Of a stretch of DNA of 64,000 nucleotides, positions 48,751 to 58,672 are shown piece by piece (position 1 is the stretch's first letter; each line of letters opens with the position of its first letter). The DNA comes from SAR324 cluster bacterium (GTDB lineage: Bacteria > SAR324 > NAC60-12): positions 5,715-69,714 of the forward strand of contig JAKUUI010000004.1 in the NCBI GenBank assembly GCA_022448485.1, given 5' to 3'. Made by a program: the position numbers and the translations under genes. Below the pieces are notes generated by a model, which searched no databases, had not been told where the DNA came from, and worked only from the letters and a program-made list of their open reading frames with translations.

Positions 48751-49083
48751 TCATACGGCGCAACCTTTAAGGAATCTGTTTGAGGAAGGTTGGTGTAATT
48801 GGTGAATAAGCGGAAACGCGTATTTTTTGACCCAAAATCGATTTTTTGATTTTAAATGGAAAATTTGTAATCTTACCTCATAAAATCCTACCCTGATTTT
48901 CTTCTGCTTCAACTTTATGCCAGATACCTTTTGTCTCCATGGCAAGCATTTAAGTACCACTGACAGTTTTGTGAGTGTTTTGCTCTGAATTGACGGCTGT
49001 TCACGCAAGACTGCCCCTAATACTTTGATATAGCGTGTCTCTTCTTTGGCAAGGCTTCCAAAAGCAAAAAGTATTGATGACAA
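48751..49083 (-). CDS. Gamma-glutamylcyclotransferase (AIG2-like) family protein, putative
   Basis: The 110 aa ORF starts MSSILFAFGSLAKEE (AIG2-like LFVYGSL motif) and contains VGFYEV (compare GELYEV). Lies downstream of hisS-lspA on the same strand. Confidence 0.4.
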   Translation of the reverse strand: MSSILFAFGSLAKEETRYIKVLGAVLREQPSIQSKTLTKLSVVLKCLPWRQKVSGIKLKQKKIRVGFYEVRLQIFHLKSKNRFWVKKYAFPLIHQLHQPSSNRFLKGCAV

Positions 49084-49134
49084 AAAACTGCAGCAGAAAT
49101 TTAGATGAAATGTTTTTTGAAGTACAAAAGTGAA

Positions 49135-49668
49135 TCAAACCGTTTTTGAAGAAGTACTACCATTTTTCGAAAACAAAAGTGGGACAACGAAGAAAGCAAC
49201 ACCGAGACTGATGAAACAATCAGCAAGGTTGTTGACAAAAAAACTCGTTTCATACCAGCGAAAATGGAAAAAATCTGTAACATATCCATAAACTGCACGA
49301 TCAATCAGGTTTCCAGCAGCACCCGGTAAAACGCAGGCCAGTCCGGAGCGTGTAAAAAAATCCAGATCATTCCAGTAGCGCGTCTGATAATAGAGCATTG
49401 CCGCAACAGCCAGAAGAGAAACTCCAACTAACAGTGGAATTCGAAAAAAATCGGAAAAGTCTGCCAAAAAACTGAAACTTACTCCCGGATTTTTTACGTG
49501 GGTCAAGTCGATGAAATTTGCCAACAGCTCAGTAGTTTCATATAGAGGCACGTTAGCCCTGATCCATATTTTTGAGCTTAGATCCAATCCAAATAAGAGG
49601 ATCATTAATATCCAATTTAACCTGAAAGAAGGCGATGAAACGGTTACAGAAAGACTCAAGAAGCTCAC
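49135..49668 (-). CDS. lspA: Lipoprotein signal peptidase II
   Basis: Four TM segments and conserved regions NPGVSFSFL and FNLAD (VNNLADCFI). Overlaps the hisS stop by 4 nt. Confidence 0.85.
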   Translation of the reverse strand: MSFLSLSVTVSSPSFRLNWILMILLFGLDLSSKIWIRANVPLYETTELLANFIDLTHVKNPGVSFSFLADFSDFFRIPLLVGVSLLAVAAMLYYQTRYWNDLDFFTRSGLACVLPGAAGNLIDRAVYGYVTDFFHFRWYETSFFVNNLADCFISLGVAFFVVPLLFSKNGSTSSKTV

Positions 49669-50939
49669 TCCGCAGAAGAAAATAAATCCGTTATTCTAAC
49701 AGGCTTCTGTTCATGAAGCTGCATATCCCTGATTACCACCTTGTCATCAGACAACTCATCCGGAAAGAGAAGAATCGCTTTTGCTGCACCAGATTCATGA
49801 GCCTGCTGCATCATTTTTTTCATTTTTTTCATACTAAAATTACAATCCACAGTCGAGCCCTGCAGGCGCAACTCTGCAGCGATTTTCAAAGCAGTTCCTA
49901 TCTGTTCATTGGCAAAAGGAATGATTGTGTAATCCAATTTTCTGGGCAACTCTGGAAAGCGTTCCAACTCTTTCAGTACGTCTAAAACAACGACATCTCC
50001 AAACCCAAATCCAACTGCGGGTACAGTTTCACCGCCATAAGTTGAAAGTAGCGAATCGTAACGTCCACCGCCGCAAATAGCGCGGTGTTGTTTTTCAGGA
50101 CTGTTGACCTCAAAAACTGCACCTGTGTAATAAGATAGTCCTCTCACAATGGAAATGTCAAATTGCAGATAATTCTTGTATCCTGCTGTTTCCATCAGTT
50201 TCATTAAATGCTGAAGTTCCTCTATACCCTCAGTGTTTTTCAAGTTTTCTCTTAATTCCTCCAGGTCAGATTTTGACAGATATTCATTTAACTGCCCCAC
50301 TTGCTTAGTTGTCATTCTCATCTCTTCCAACATTTTTGACAGTGCTTCCGGAGGAATTTTATCACGTTTGTCCATGATTACCATCACTTCGCTATGCAGT
50401 ACCTGCGGCACATTTATCTGACTTAGAATCGCATTTAAAATCCGCCGGTCATTGATAAAAACGCGAAAATCATTTGTAGAAAGTCCCATTGACTCGCAAG
50501 CAGAAATCAACAGCATCAAAATTTCAGCTTCTGCCACCACCTCATGTTGTCCAATAATATCTGCATTCCACTGAAAATGCTCACGCCGCCGCCCTTTTGT
50601 CATGCGTTCGTAGCGAAAACACTGCGGCATGGAAAACCACTTAATCGGAAAGGATAATGATTTTTCTTGCTGAAGAACCAGGCGGGCCAGTGAAGGTGTC
50701 ATTTCCGGACGCAAACTTAAGCGTCTTCCACCTTTGTCTTCAAAACTGTAAAGCTGCTTACTGATTTCATCACCAGTTTTGCGGACATAAAGCTCCTCAT
50801 GTTCCAACACACAAGTGTCATATTCCTCAAAACCTGCTTGTTCAGATACATTGCGCCACACTTCAAATAACCAGTTACGCAGACGCATTTCATCCGGAAA
50901 GAAATCACGTGTACCCTTGACAGGTTGTAAATCAATCAT
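49665..50939 (-). CDS. hisS: Histidine--tRNA ligase
   Basis: Class II motifs (KGTRDFFP, LSLRPEMT, FEVNSPEK...GGGRYD) and a C-terminal anticodon-binding domain. Confidence 0.95.
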   Translation of the reverse strand: MIDLQPVKGTRDFFPDEMRLRNWLFEVWRNVSEQAGFEEYDTCVLEHEELYVRKTGDEISKQLYSFEDKGGRRLSLRPEMTPSLARLVLQQEKSLSFPIKWFSMPQCFRYERMTKGRRREHFQWNADIIGQHEVVAEAEILMLLISACESMGLSTNDFRVFINDRRILNAILSQINVPQVLHSEVMVIMDKRDKIPPEALSKMLEEMRMTTKQVGQLNEYLSKSDLEELRENLKNTEGIEELQHLMKLMETAGYKNYLQFDISIVRGLSYYTGAVFEVNSPEKQHRAICGGGRYDSLLSTYGGETVPAVGFGFGDVVVLDVLKELERFPELPRKLDYTIIPFANEQIGTALKIAAELRLQGSTVDCNFSMKKMKKMMQQAHESGAAKAILLFPDELSDDKVVIRDMQLHEQKPVRITDLFSSAE

Positions 50940-50995
50940 ATTCGATGTTCTTCTGTGGCCTGTTTATGAAATGAGAACCTGTAATTCGATTCTGT

Positions 50996-51907
50996 TTAAG
51001 AATGAAAAGCCAGTTCTGGAATTATTTTAAAATCATCCCATGCCAGTGGCATTGCTGCACGATTTCGTAGGAGGTAAGACGGATGAAAGGTCGGAAGCAT
51101 GGTCCATTTCTCATATTGCATTATCCTACCGCGTACCTTGGTAATTCCCGGCAGATCTGGAATCAGTGTTTTTGTCGGTACATTTCCCAGTGTGACAATT
51201 AATTTTGGATTCAGTAATTCAATTTGCTGCTTTATGATTGGGAGGCAACATGAAATTTCTGCTGGAGTTGGATTCCTGTTCCCAGGAGGTCTGCATTTTA
51301 CTATATTGGTAATGTAAACATCTGCACGGTCAATTCCTATGGTGTTGACCATCTTGGTCAACAATCTACCAGCACGCCCGACAAATGGTTCACCCTGTGA
51401 GTCTTCGTCTGCTCCTGGGCCTTCTCCGATAAACATCAATGTTGAGTGTGACAAACCACTGCCAAAAACCAGATTTGTCCTTGTTTTACTCAATGCACAA
51501 CGTTGGCAGGATTTGTACTTTTCCGCCAACTCTGAGAGCGAGGCGATTTTATTTTCTTTTTCTTGTTGAGGTATAATTTGGGAAAAGGCCTCTGTTACAG
51601 TTTGTTGTTTTGCCAAGGACTTTCTTTCCTGAAAATTTGCAATACCTGTTGATGGAGGAAATACGCTGGGATTTGTATTTTCGTGTTGAGTGTTTGCTGC
51701 AGACTCCGTTTGTGCTGAAAACGAAAAGAGATCTACATGCTGTTCATCTGCAACTACAGTTTGTGAAACCACCATCCCCTCCAATCCTCTGAGCAGCCTC
51801 CTCAGTTCAACCTTGGGCATAGCTTCAATATTCAGGTAGTCGACTCCTTTTTTATGAAGAGACTGCAATTGATTTTCTAACTGCAGCAGCAAGGTCGGAA
51901 AGTCCAA
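50996..51907 (-). CDS. Uracil-DNA glycosylase family 4 with a ~110 aa N-terminal extension
   Basis: Family 4 motifs GEGPGADED...GEPFVGRAGRLL and NIVKCRPPGNRNP with a Cys cluster C..C. Confidence 0.8.
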   Translation of the reverse strand: MDFPTLLLQLENQLQSLHKKGVDYLNIEAMPKVELRRLLRGLEGMVVSQTVVADEQHVDLFSFSAQTESAANTQHENTNPSVFPPSTGIANFQERKSLAKQQTVTEAFSQIIPQQEKENKIASLSELAEKYKSCQRCALSKTRTNLVFGSGLSHSTLMFIGEGPGADEDSQGEPFVGRAGRLLTKMVNTIGIDRADVYITNIVKCRPPGNRNPTPAEISCCLPIIKQQIELLNPKLIVTLGNVPTKTLIPDLPGITKVRGRIMQYEKWTMLPTFHPSYLLRNRAAMPLAWDDFKIIPELAFHS

Positions 51908-52046
51908 AGTTCCTCCTGTTAAGAAAGGCTTTTAATTAACTGCAGCTTTCATTAGAGAGCGGCAAGAATACGAGACAGGTTTGATAATACTTTTCTCGAA
52001 TTTAACAAAAAAAATGGTTTTGATCATTTTATACTTTGTTGTTTAC

Positions 52047-53402
52047 TCATAAAATGTAGCGACTCAAATCCTGATTTTTCAACAAGTCTGAGAGTCGACT
52101 CTGAATATATTCCGGAGTAACAGAAATTTTTTGCTCCTTCAAATCAGGAGCGGTAAAACTGACTTCTTCAAGCAACTGTTCCATAACGGTATGCAGCCGG
52201 CGCGCCCCGATGTTTTCCGAATCCTCGTTAATTTGGCAGGCAATTTCTGCAATAGTATCAATGGCATCTTTGGTAAATTCCAATTCAACACCTTCTGTTT
52301 TCATTAAGGCTGTATATTGCACAATCAGTGCATTTTTTGGTTCTGTCAGAATCCGCACGAAATCATTTTTACTGAGTGCTAGCAGTTCAACACGAATAGG
52401 AAAACGCCCCTGCAATTCCGGAATCATGTCAGATGGTTTTGTGAGATGAAAAGCGCCTGCGGCAATGAACAGGATGTGGTCAGTTTGAACAGGACCATGT
52501 TTGGTGTTTACTGTGGAGCCTTCTACAATCGGCAGTAAATCCCTCTGTACACCCTCTCTGGAAACGTCAGGTCCCTGTGAGTGACCACGGCGCGATGCAA
52601 CTTTGTCTATTTCATCCAAAAATACGATTCCACTTTGTTCAACACGAGCTACAGCTTCACGGGACACTTCATCCATGTCGATCAGTTTACTGACTTCTTC
52701 CTGTTGTAAAATATTTCGTGCATCTTCAATGCTGACCCGGCGGCGCTTTGATTGCTTGGGCATCATATTTGAGAGCATATCGCGAATATTCATATCCATG
52801 TTGTCATTCATGGAAATCGGCATAAATTCCATGACTGTCCCTGAAGGTCGCTCGGAAACATCCAGTTCAACCATTCGCTTGTCCAAAACACCGGAACGAA
52901 GCTTTTTGCGAAATTTCTCCCGCGTCGGATTTGTTGAAGAATCTTCCTTAGCAGCATCTTTCTCACTTTCCATGGGAGGCAGCAGTAAATCAAGCAAGCG
53001 TTCCTCAACCATTTCTTTAGCTGCTTCCTGTTTCCGCTCCATTTGCTCCTGATTCACCATATTGACTGAATAATCCGTCAAATCGCGAATCATCGATTCA
53101 ACATCACGCCCCACGTAGCCAACTTCAGTAAATTTAGAAGCTTCAACTTTCACAAAAGGAGCATTGACCAACCTCGAAATACGACGTGCAATTTCAGTTT
53201 TACCAATGCCAGTTGCACCGATCATGATGATATTTTTTGGTAATATTTCGTCTTTTAAATCATCATCAAGCTGCAGGCGTCTCCAACGATTGCGCAGAGC
53301 AACCGCCACGGCCTTTTTTGCATCAGTTTGACCGATGATATAACGGTCTAGGGCAACAACCGTTTCTTGCGGTGTCATGTTGAGTTCAGGGGAAGATTTC
53401 AT
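52047..53402 (-). CDS. hslU: ATP-dependent protease ATPase subunit HslU
   Basis: [16 protein letters not shown]-domain, [12 protein letters not shown] and a C-terminal segment. Length 451 aa. Confidence 0.95.
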   Translation of the reverse strand: MKSSPELNMTPQETVVALDRYIIGQTDAKKAVAVALRNRWRRLQLDDDLKDEILPKNIIMIGATGIGKTEIARRISRLVNAPFVKVEASKFTEVGYVGRDVESMIRDLTDYSVNMVNQEQMERKQEAAKEMVEERLLDLLLPPMESEKDAAKEDSSTNPTREKFRKKLRSGVLDKRMVELDVSERPSGTVMEFMPISMNDNMDMNIRDMLSNMMPKQSKRRRVSIEDARNILQQEEVSKLIDMDEVSREAVARVEQSGIVFLDEIDKVASRRGHSQGPDVSREGVQRDLLPIVEGSTVNTKHGPVQTDHILFIAAGAFHLTKPSDMIPELQGRFPIRVELLALSKNDFVRILTEPKNALIVQYTALMKTEGVELEFTKDAIDTIAEIACQINEDSENIGARRLHTVMEQLLEEVSFTAPDLKEQKISVTPEYIQSRLSDLLKNQDLSRYIL

Positions 53403-53406
53403 GTGG

Positions 53407-53928
53407 CTAAAATTTCAATTCTTCATAAGTAATATTTTCGTTTGTGTAAATACAAATTTCGGCGGCAATTTTCATAGATTTTTCAGCAATTTTTCGGGGG
53501 CTGAGTTTTGTATCCATCAGTGCTCGGGCAGCCGCAAGAGCATACATTCCCCCGGAACCAATGCCGATCAGTCCGTCATCCGGCTCAATCACATCACCAT
53601 TTCCGGAAATAATAAGTGATGCTTCCGCACTGGAAACTGCCAGCAGGGCTTCGAGGTTTCGCAGCATTTTATCGGTACGCCACTCCTTGGCCAGTTCAAC
53701 GGCTGAACGCAGCAATTTCCCGTTGTACTGTTCCAGTTTTTCGTCGAATTTTTCAAAGAGAGTAAAGGCATCGGCAGTTGAACCGGCGAACCCGGCAATT
53801 ACCTTGCCGTCAAAGGTGTTGCGCAATTTACGGGCAGAAGGTTTCATGATGGTTTTTTGCATGGAGATTTGTCCGTCTCCGGCCATCACAACACGATTGT
53901 TCTTACGTACACAGAGAATAGTTGTCAT
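53407..53928 (-). CDS. hslV: ATP-dependent protease subunit HslV
   Basis: [20 protein letters not shown] (N-terminal Thr nucleophile). Length 173 aa. Confidence 0.95.
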   Translation of the reverse strand: MTTILCVRKNNRVVMAGDGQISMQKTIMKPSARKLRNTFDGKVIAGFAGSTADAFTLFEKFDEKLEQYNGKLLRSAVELAKEWRTDKMLRNLEALLAVSSAEASLIISGNGDVIEPDDGLIGIGSGGMYALAAARALMDTKLSPRKIAEKSMKIAAEICIYTNENITYEELKF

Positions 53929-54041
53929 AAGATTTAAATTGTTCTGTAATTATGCATTTATGATGTATATGATAGCAGTTGAGAAGATTTTGTCCAGACG
54001 AGAGATAAATACTTCACGGATACTGATTACCGAACATGTCG

Positions 54042-54608
54042 TCATTTGTCTGGTAAAGCTAGATAATAAGCCGCAACATAATTGTATCCGCTCCAGAGAG
54101 AAATTGCCGTAGAAATCCAGAGAAGAATGACTCCAACCTCATGGCAGGGGATGCCGATTGTGGGGTAATGGATAATGAGGAAACCCACAGCAAACATTTG
54201 AGATATTGTTTTGATTTTTCCTCCTGAACTGGCTGATATTACGACTCCTTCTGCAGCTGCTATGGAGCGTAAACCATTGATAATAAATTCACGGGAAATG
54301 AGAAGCACCGTTAATAACGCAGGTGCTCTTCCCATTGCTACCAATAAAACCAACAGGGAACCAATCAATATTTTGTCTGCCACAGGATCCAGTAATTTCC
54401 CAAGTTTGGTAGCTTGCCCCTGATGTCGAGCAAGCACACCGTCCCAATAGTCGGTTAGGCACGCGAAGACAAAGATCAGCCAGCTGCTGAATAAAATCCA
54501 GTGCTCATCTTTTCCAACTACCATACCTGCATAAATAAAGGGTACCAATGCAACCCGTAATGTGGTTAAATGATTGGCAGTAAGCCACTTGGAAAAAAAA
54601 GCAATCAT
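54042..54608 (-). CDS. pgsA: CDP-diacylglycerol--glycerol-3-phosphate 3-phosphatidyltransferase
   Basis: CDP-alcohol phosphatidyltransferase motif DYWDGVLARHQGQATKLGKLLDPVADK. The start is placed at the internal Met (the ORF track extends to 54713). Confidence 0.85.
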   Translation of the reverse strand: MIAFFSKWLTANHLTTLRVALVPFIYAGMVVGKDEHWILFSSWLIFVFACLTDYWDGVLARHQGQATKLGKLLDPVADKILIGSLLVLLVAMGRAPALLTVLLISREFIINGLRSIAAAEGVVISASSGGKIKTISQMFAVGFLIIHYPTIGIPCHEVGVILLWISTAISLWSGYNYVAAYYLALPDK

Positions 54609-54756
54609 AAAATAATTTTCCTGTATTGAGTTATTTCGTCCAGAGTGTATAATGCCCGTGATCAGGGAAAAAAGCAATTTACCTTTCAGAGTGAACGAAT
54701 TTTGTGAAGTCACTATCGGGATCTCAAGCTAACACAAGAGTCTCCAAAATACTTTA

Positions 54757-56076
54757 TTGCTTATGCGCTTTACAATTATAGGTTGGAATTTCAGGAAAAC
54801 ACCTGTCGAAGTTAGGGATAACCTCGTTTTGACTCCTGATCAGCAAGTTGAACTTGGGCACCAGCTAAGCAACCGCTTCAACTTGGGTGGTATTGCAATT
54901 CTCAGCACCTGCAACCGCACCGAGTTTTTCCTTGTCAATGCGGAACAGCAGTTGGATCAAATCATCGAGATGCTCGAGAAGTATTGGAAACTTTCCGAAC
55001 TGCGGGAAAGTGTCTATATAATCCATAATTTAGATGGAGTACGGCATCTCTTCCGAGTTGCATCGAGTTTAGACTCCATGGTGTTGGGAGAACCTCAAAT
55101 TCTTGGGCAGCTGAAAGACGCATTTCAGTCTTTCAATGAGGCAGACCTGACGAGAAAACTGCTTCACCACCTTTTTACTCGTGCTTTTTCTACCGCCAAG
55201 CGGGTCCGTACTGAAACCACGGTTGCCAGTAACGCGGTTTCTGTTAGCTATGCTGCAGTAGAACTGGCAAAGCATATTTTTGAGGATCTTTCAAAACAAA
55301 CTGTAATGGTTATCGGGGCCGGTGAAATGGCAGAATTGGCAGTTCGTCATCTCATGCGCAGCGGAATATCACAGCTGTTTATGACCAACCGGACTTTTTT
55401 AAGTGCAGCAAAACTTGCAGAAAAATTTCAGGGATTGGCCGTACCATTTGAGCATCTTGAGAGGCATCTTCATCAAGCAGATATTATCATCAGTTCGACT
55501 GGAGCCCGTGATTATATTATCACTCCCAAAATGGTTAAGCACTGTTTGTGTCAACGTAGAGGTGGTTCAATGTTCTTCATCGATATTGCTGTGCCGCGTG
55601 ATATAGATCCTGAAATCAATGAGTTACCTGGAACTTTTTGTTACGATATCGATGATATGCAATCTCTTGTTTCTCAAAACCAGGAGGAGCGAAAGAAGCA
55701 GTCTGTTAAAGCAGAGGGAATTATTGAGAATGAAATACTGGAGTTGGAACTCTGGTTCAAGTCTCTCTCCGCTGTGCCGACAATAAGAAGTTTGCGAAAA
55801 AACTTCCATTCCGTGGCTGAAGAGGAAATGAAAAAGTCCTTTCGTCTCTTGAAAAAAATACCTGAGTCTGAGCGCAAAGAAGTAGAGCAATTGGTGCACA
55901 GGCTGGTTCACAAACTTTTGCATGATCCATCACGGAACCTCAAGGAAATTGCACATGATGAAGATGCTCACCTCTACCTGGAATCTGTGAAAAAAATATT
56001 TGATTTGAGTCCAGTTCAGGCAAATCTACAAGAGGCGCCAGAAAAACATCACAGACTTAAAGTAGTAAAATCCTGA
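54757..56076 (+). CDS. hemA: Glutamyl-tRNA reductase
   Basis: N-terminal region FRKTPVEVRDNL, catalytic LSTCNRTEF, and NADPH motif VIGAGEMAELAVRHL. Confidence 0.9.
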   Translation: MLMRFTIIGWNFRKTPVEVRDNLVLTPDQQVELGHQLSNRFNLGGIAILSTCNRTEFFLVNAEQQLDQIIEMLEKYWKLSELRESVYIIHNLDGVRHLFRVASSLDSMVLGEPQILGQLKDAFQSFNEADLTRKLLHHLFTRAFSTAKRVRTETTVASNAVSVSYAAVELAKHIFEDLSKQTVMVIGAGEMAELAVRHLMRSGISQLFMTNRTFLSAAKLAEKFQGLAVPFEHLERHLHQADIIISSTGARDYIITPKMVKHCLCQRRGGSMFFIDIAVPRDIDPEINELPGTFCYDIDDMQSLVSQNQEERKKQSVKAEGIIENEILELELWFKSLSAVPTIRSLRKNFHSVAEEEMKKSFRLLKKIPESERKEVEQLVHRLVHKLLHDPSRNLKEIAHDEDAHLYLESVKKIFDLSPVQANLQEAPEKHHRLKVVKS

Positions 56077-56079
56077 CAA

Positions 56080-57048
56080 ATGCCCAAGGCTTCGCCAAGC
56101 GAAACAAAGAAATCCAGCTTAATAATTGCAACTCGAGGAAGTGTACTTGCTCTCTGGCAAGCAGAATGGGTGCAAAAAAGGATACTTGAGAAGCGTCCTG
56201 AAATTTCTGTTGAATTATTAATTCTAAAAACCACCGGTGACCGTATTCAGGACCGTCCGCTTTCAGAAGTAGGCGGCAAGGGACTCTTCATCAAAGAATT
56301 GGAAAACGTTCTGCTTGACGGAAGTGCAGATTTGGCCGTGCACAGCATGAAAGACGTGACCAGTTTTTTTCCTCAAGGGCTTGAGATTTCTGTGATTGCG
56401 GAGCGGGAAGATCCAGGAGACGCTTGGATTTGTCCAAAATTCGGCAGCATCGATAATATTCCTCAAGGTGCAGTTGTTGGAACAAGCTCATTGCGGCGTG
56501 CTTCTCAATTGAAGCATCATCGACCGGATTTGATTGTTCGGAGTTTACGTGGAAATCTGCAAACGCGGCTCAGAAAACTTGACCAAGGAGAAGTAGATGC
56601 TGCCATTTTAGCAGTTGCAGGATTAAAGCGGATCCAGCTGAAAAAGCGAATTACTGAAGTTCTGCCTATGGAATGGATGCTTCCTGCAATCGGTCAGGGT
56701 GCAATCGGCATTGAAACGCGAGTGGGAGATGAGGCAACACTGAGTCTGATTCAGCACCTCAATGATTCACATACCTGGGACTGTTTGCTGGCTGAGCGTG
56801 CTTTATTGTCTGAACTGGAGGGTAATTGTCAGCTACCTTTGGCAGGATATTGCGTCCTAAACGGAGAGGAGCTGTTTTTACGTGCTGCAATTGGGGATCC
56901 TGAAGGTAAAACTATTTTGCGCTGCGAAGGAAGTGCTCCACGTCAAAATGCTGAGAGACTTGGAAAAGATGTCGCACATTCATTGCTGAAAAATGGTGCT
57001 GGTGAACTTTTACGAAAGGCAGTTTCCACAGCACATATTGAGTTTTGA
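56080..57048 (+). CDS. hemC: Hydroxymethylbilane synthase (porphobilinogen deaminase)
   Basis: LIIATRGSVLALWQA, and the cofactor-binding Cys region (EGNCQLPL). Lies 3 nt after hemA. Confidence 0.9.
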   Translation: MPKASPSETKKSSLIIATRGSVLALWQAEWVQKRILEKRPEISVELLILKTTGDRIQDRPLSEVGGKGLFIKELENVLLDGSADLAVHSMKDVTSFFPQGLEISVIAEREDPGDAWICPKFGSIDNIPQGAVVGTSSLRRASQLKHHRPDLIVRSLRGNLQTRLRKLDQGEVDAAILAVAGLKRIQLKKRITEVLPMEWMLPAIGQGAIGIETRVGDEATLSLIQHLNDSHTWDCLLAERALLSELEGNCQLPLAGYCVLNGEELFLRAAIGDPEGKTILRCEGSAPRQNAERLGKDVAHSLLKNGAGELLRKAVSTAHIEF

Positions 57049-57274
57049 ACTCGCTCTTTGTCTGTTTCTTCTTCCGCGGGAGTAACTATCATGGTTTTAT
57101 ATGCCTGACTTTCTTGTGATTCATGCTGGACCTGCCCTTGAACAGATTAGGAAGCGGTAAACTGGTATTTCAGAGTCTTATAAGTTCCAGGATTCCCTTT
57201 TCCACGGGAGTGACGATTTATTATCAGACTGTTAAAACTTTAAATATAATTAACAATATCTATAAACAGAACAG

Positions 57275-58660
57275 ATGGATGCATCCTGGGGAATTGCTGT
57301 GATCGGTTCTGGTCCAGCAGGATTTTACTCAGCGGGAGAGCTGTTTCGCCAAGAATCATTTTCTATAAAAGTTGACATGTTTGACCGGCTGCCGACGCCT
57401 TTTGGCCTTGTACGCGGAGGAGTTGCTCCAGATCACCAGAAAATAAAATCTGTAACAAAAATCTACAGCCGAATTGCAGAAAATCCGAACTTCAGATTTT
57501 TCGGTAATGTGGAATTTGGCAGGGACATTTTCCAGTCTGATTTGCTGGATCACTATGACGCAGTTATTTATTCGGTAGGAAGTCCAGCTGACCGTGCGCT
57601 GGGGGTTCCAGGCGAGGATTTATCTGGGAGTCACTCTGCAACTGAGTTTGTAGCATGGTATAACGGACATCCTGATTTTAGTAATCATAAATTTGATTTG
57701 TCGGTCAAGAACGCATTTGTGATTGGCATGGGCAACGTCGCACTCGATGTTGCAAGAATTCTGGCAAAGACTCCGGAAGAACTGGCTGCAACGGATATTG
57801 CCGGTTATGCCCTGGAAGCTCTGCGTGAAAGTCAGCTTGAAAACATCTGGCTGGTGGGGCGCCGCGGTCCATTACAGGCGGCCTTTACACCTTCTGAAGC
57901 CAGGGAATTCCTAGAGCTCCGGGAGGCTGAAGCTGTTGTGGAGGGTGGACCTCTGGAATTGGACACTGAAAGTCAGAAAATACTCGAAACTGAGGCCGGC
58001 AAGGATACAAAGAAAAACATTGAAATATTAAAGCAAATTTCAGAGAGGGAGGCTTCCGTAAAAAAGAAACGCGTTCATTTCCTCTTTCTTGCTTCACCCG
58101 TTGAAATTTCCGGAGAAGGCAAAGTAGAAAAAATCAGTATGGTACGAAATCAACTGGTGAGAAGGGACGACGGCAGTTTGCGTCCTCAAGCTACTGAGAA
58201 AAAAATTGAAGAAGATGCAGGACTGGTTTTCCGTTCAATCGGTTACCTTGGAAAACCGCTTGCGGATCTGCCTTTTGATCATAAATCCGGAACTATACCC
58301 AATGAATGCGGACAGGTGAAAGATCCGGAAAACGGGAATTCTTTCCGGTGCCGTGAATATGTTGCCGGCTGGATTAAGCGGGGTCCAAGCGGTGTGATTG
58401 GTACCAACAAGCAGGATTCCGTTGAAACCGTACATCGCATGCTGGAAACTTTTCAGGCGGAAAAAATGGAACCAGGTCAATATATAACGGTTCCGGACAT
58501 TGTATCTCTGCTTGAGTCAAGAAAGATTGAATATGTTTCATTTGCAGACTGGAAGCTGCTGGATGCACATGAAACAGAAGCAGGTCAAGCAGAAGGGCGT
58601 CCCAGACTAAAGCTAACCTCAATTGCTGAAATGCTGGAAATAATCCGTCAAAAAAGATAG
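57275..58660 (+). CDS. fprA: NADPH-ferredoxin (adrenodoxin-type) reductase, FprA-like
   Basis: IAVIGSGPAGFYSAG, LPTPFGLVRGGVAPDHQKIKSV, GNVALDVARIL, and GWIKRGPSGVIGTNK. Collinear with mycobacterial FprA. Confidence 0.85.
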   Translation: MDASWGIAVIGSGPAGFYSAGELFRQESFSIKVDMFDRLPTPFGLVRGGVAPDHQKIKSVTKIYSRIAENPNFRFFGNVEFGRDIFQSDLLDHYDAVIYSVGSPADRALGVPGEDLSGSHSATEFVAWYNGHPDFSNHKFDLSVKNAFVIGMGNVALDVARILAKTPEELAATDIAGYALEALRESQLENIWLVGRRGPLQAAFTPSEAREFLELREAEAVVEGGPLELDTESQKILETEAGKDTKKNIEILKQISEREASVKKKRVHFLFLASPVEISGEGKVEKISMVRNQLVRRDDGSLRPQATEKKIEEDAGLVFRSIGYLGKPLADLPFDHKSGTIPNECGQVKDPENGNSFRCREYVAGWIKRGPSGVIGTNKQDSVETVHRMLETFQAEKMEPGQYITVPDIVSLLESRKIEYVSFADWKLLDAHETEAGQAEGRPRLKLTSIAEMLEIIRQKR

Positions 58661-58672
58661 ACCGCTAGAGTT

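Noticed and set aside
54609-54713. N-terminal 35-codon extension of pgsA in the ORF track
   Set aside because: PgsA proteins are about 180-190 aa and begin near the conserved LT..R segment. The extension adds a nonconserved hydrophobic stretch. The internal Met at 54608 fits the family.
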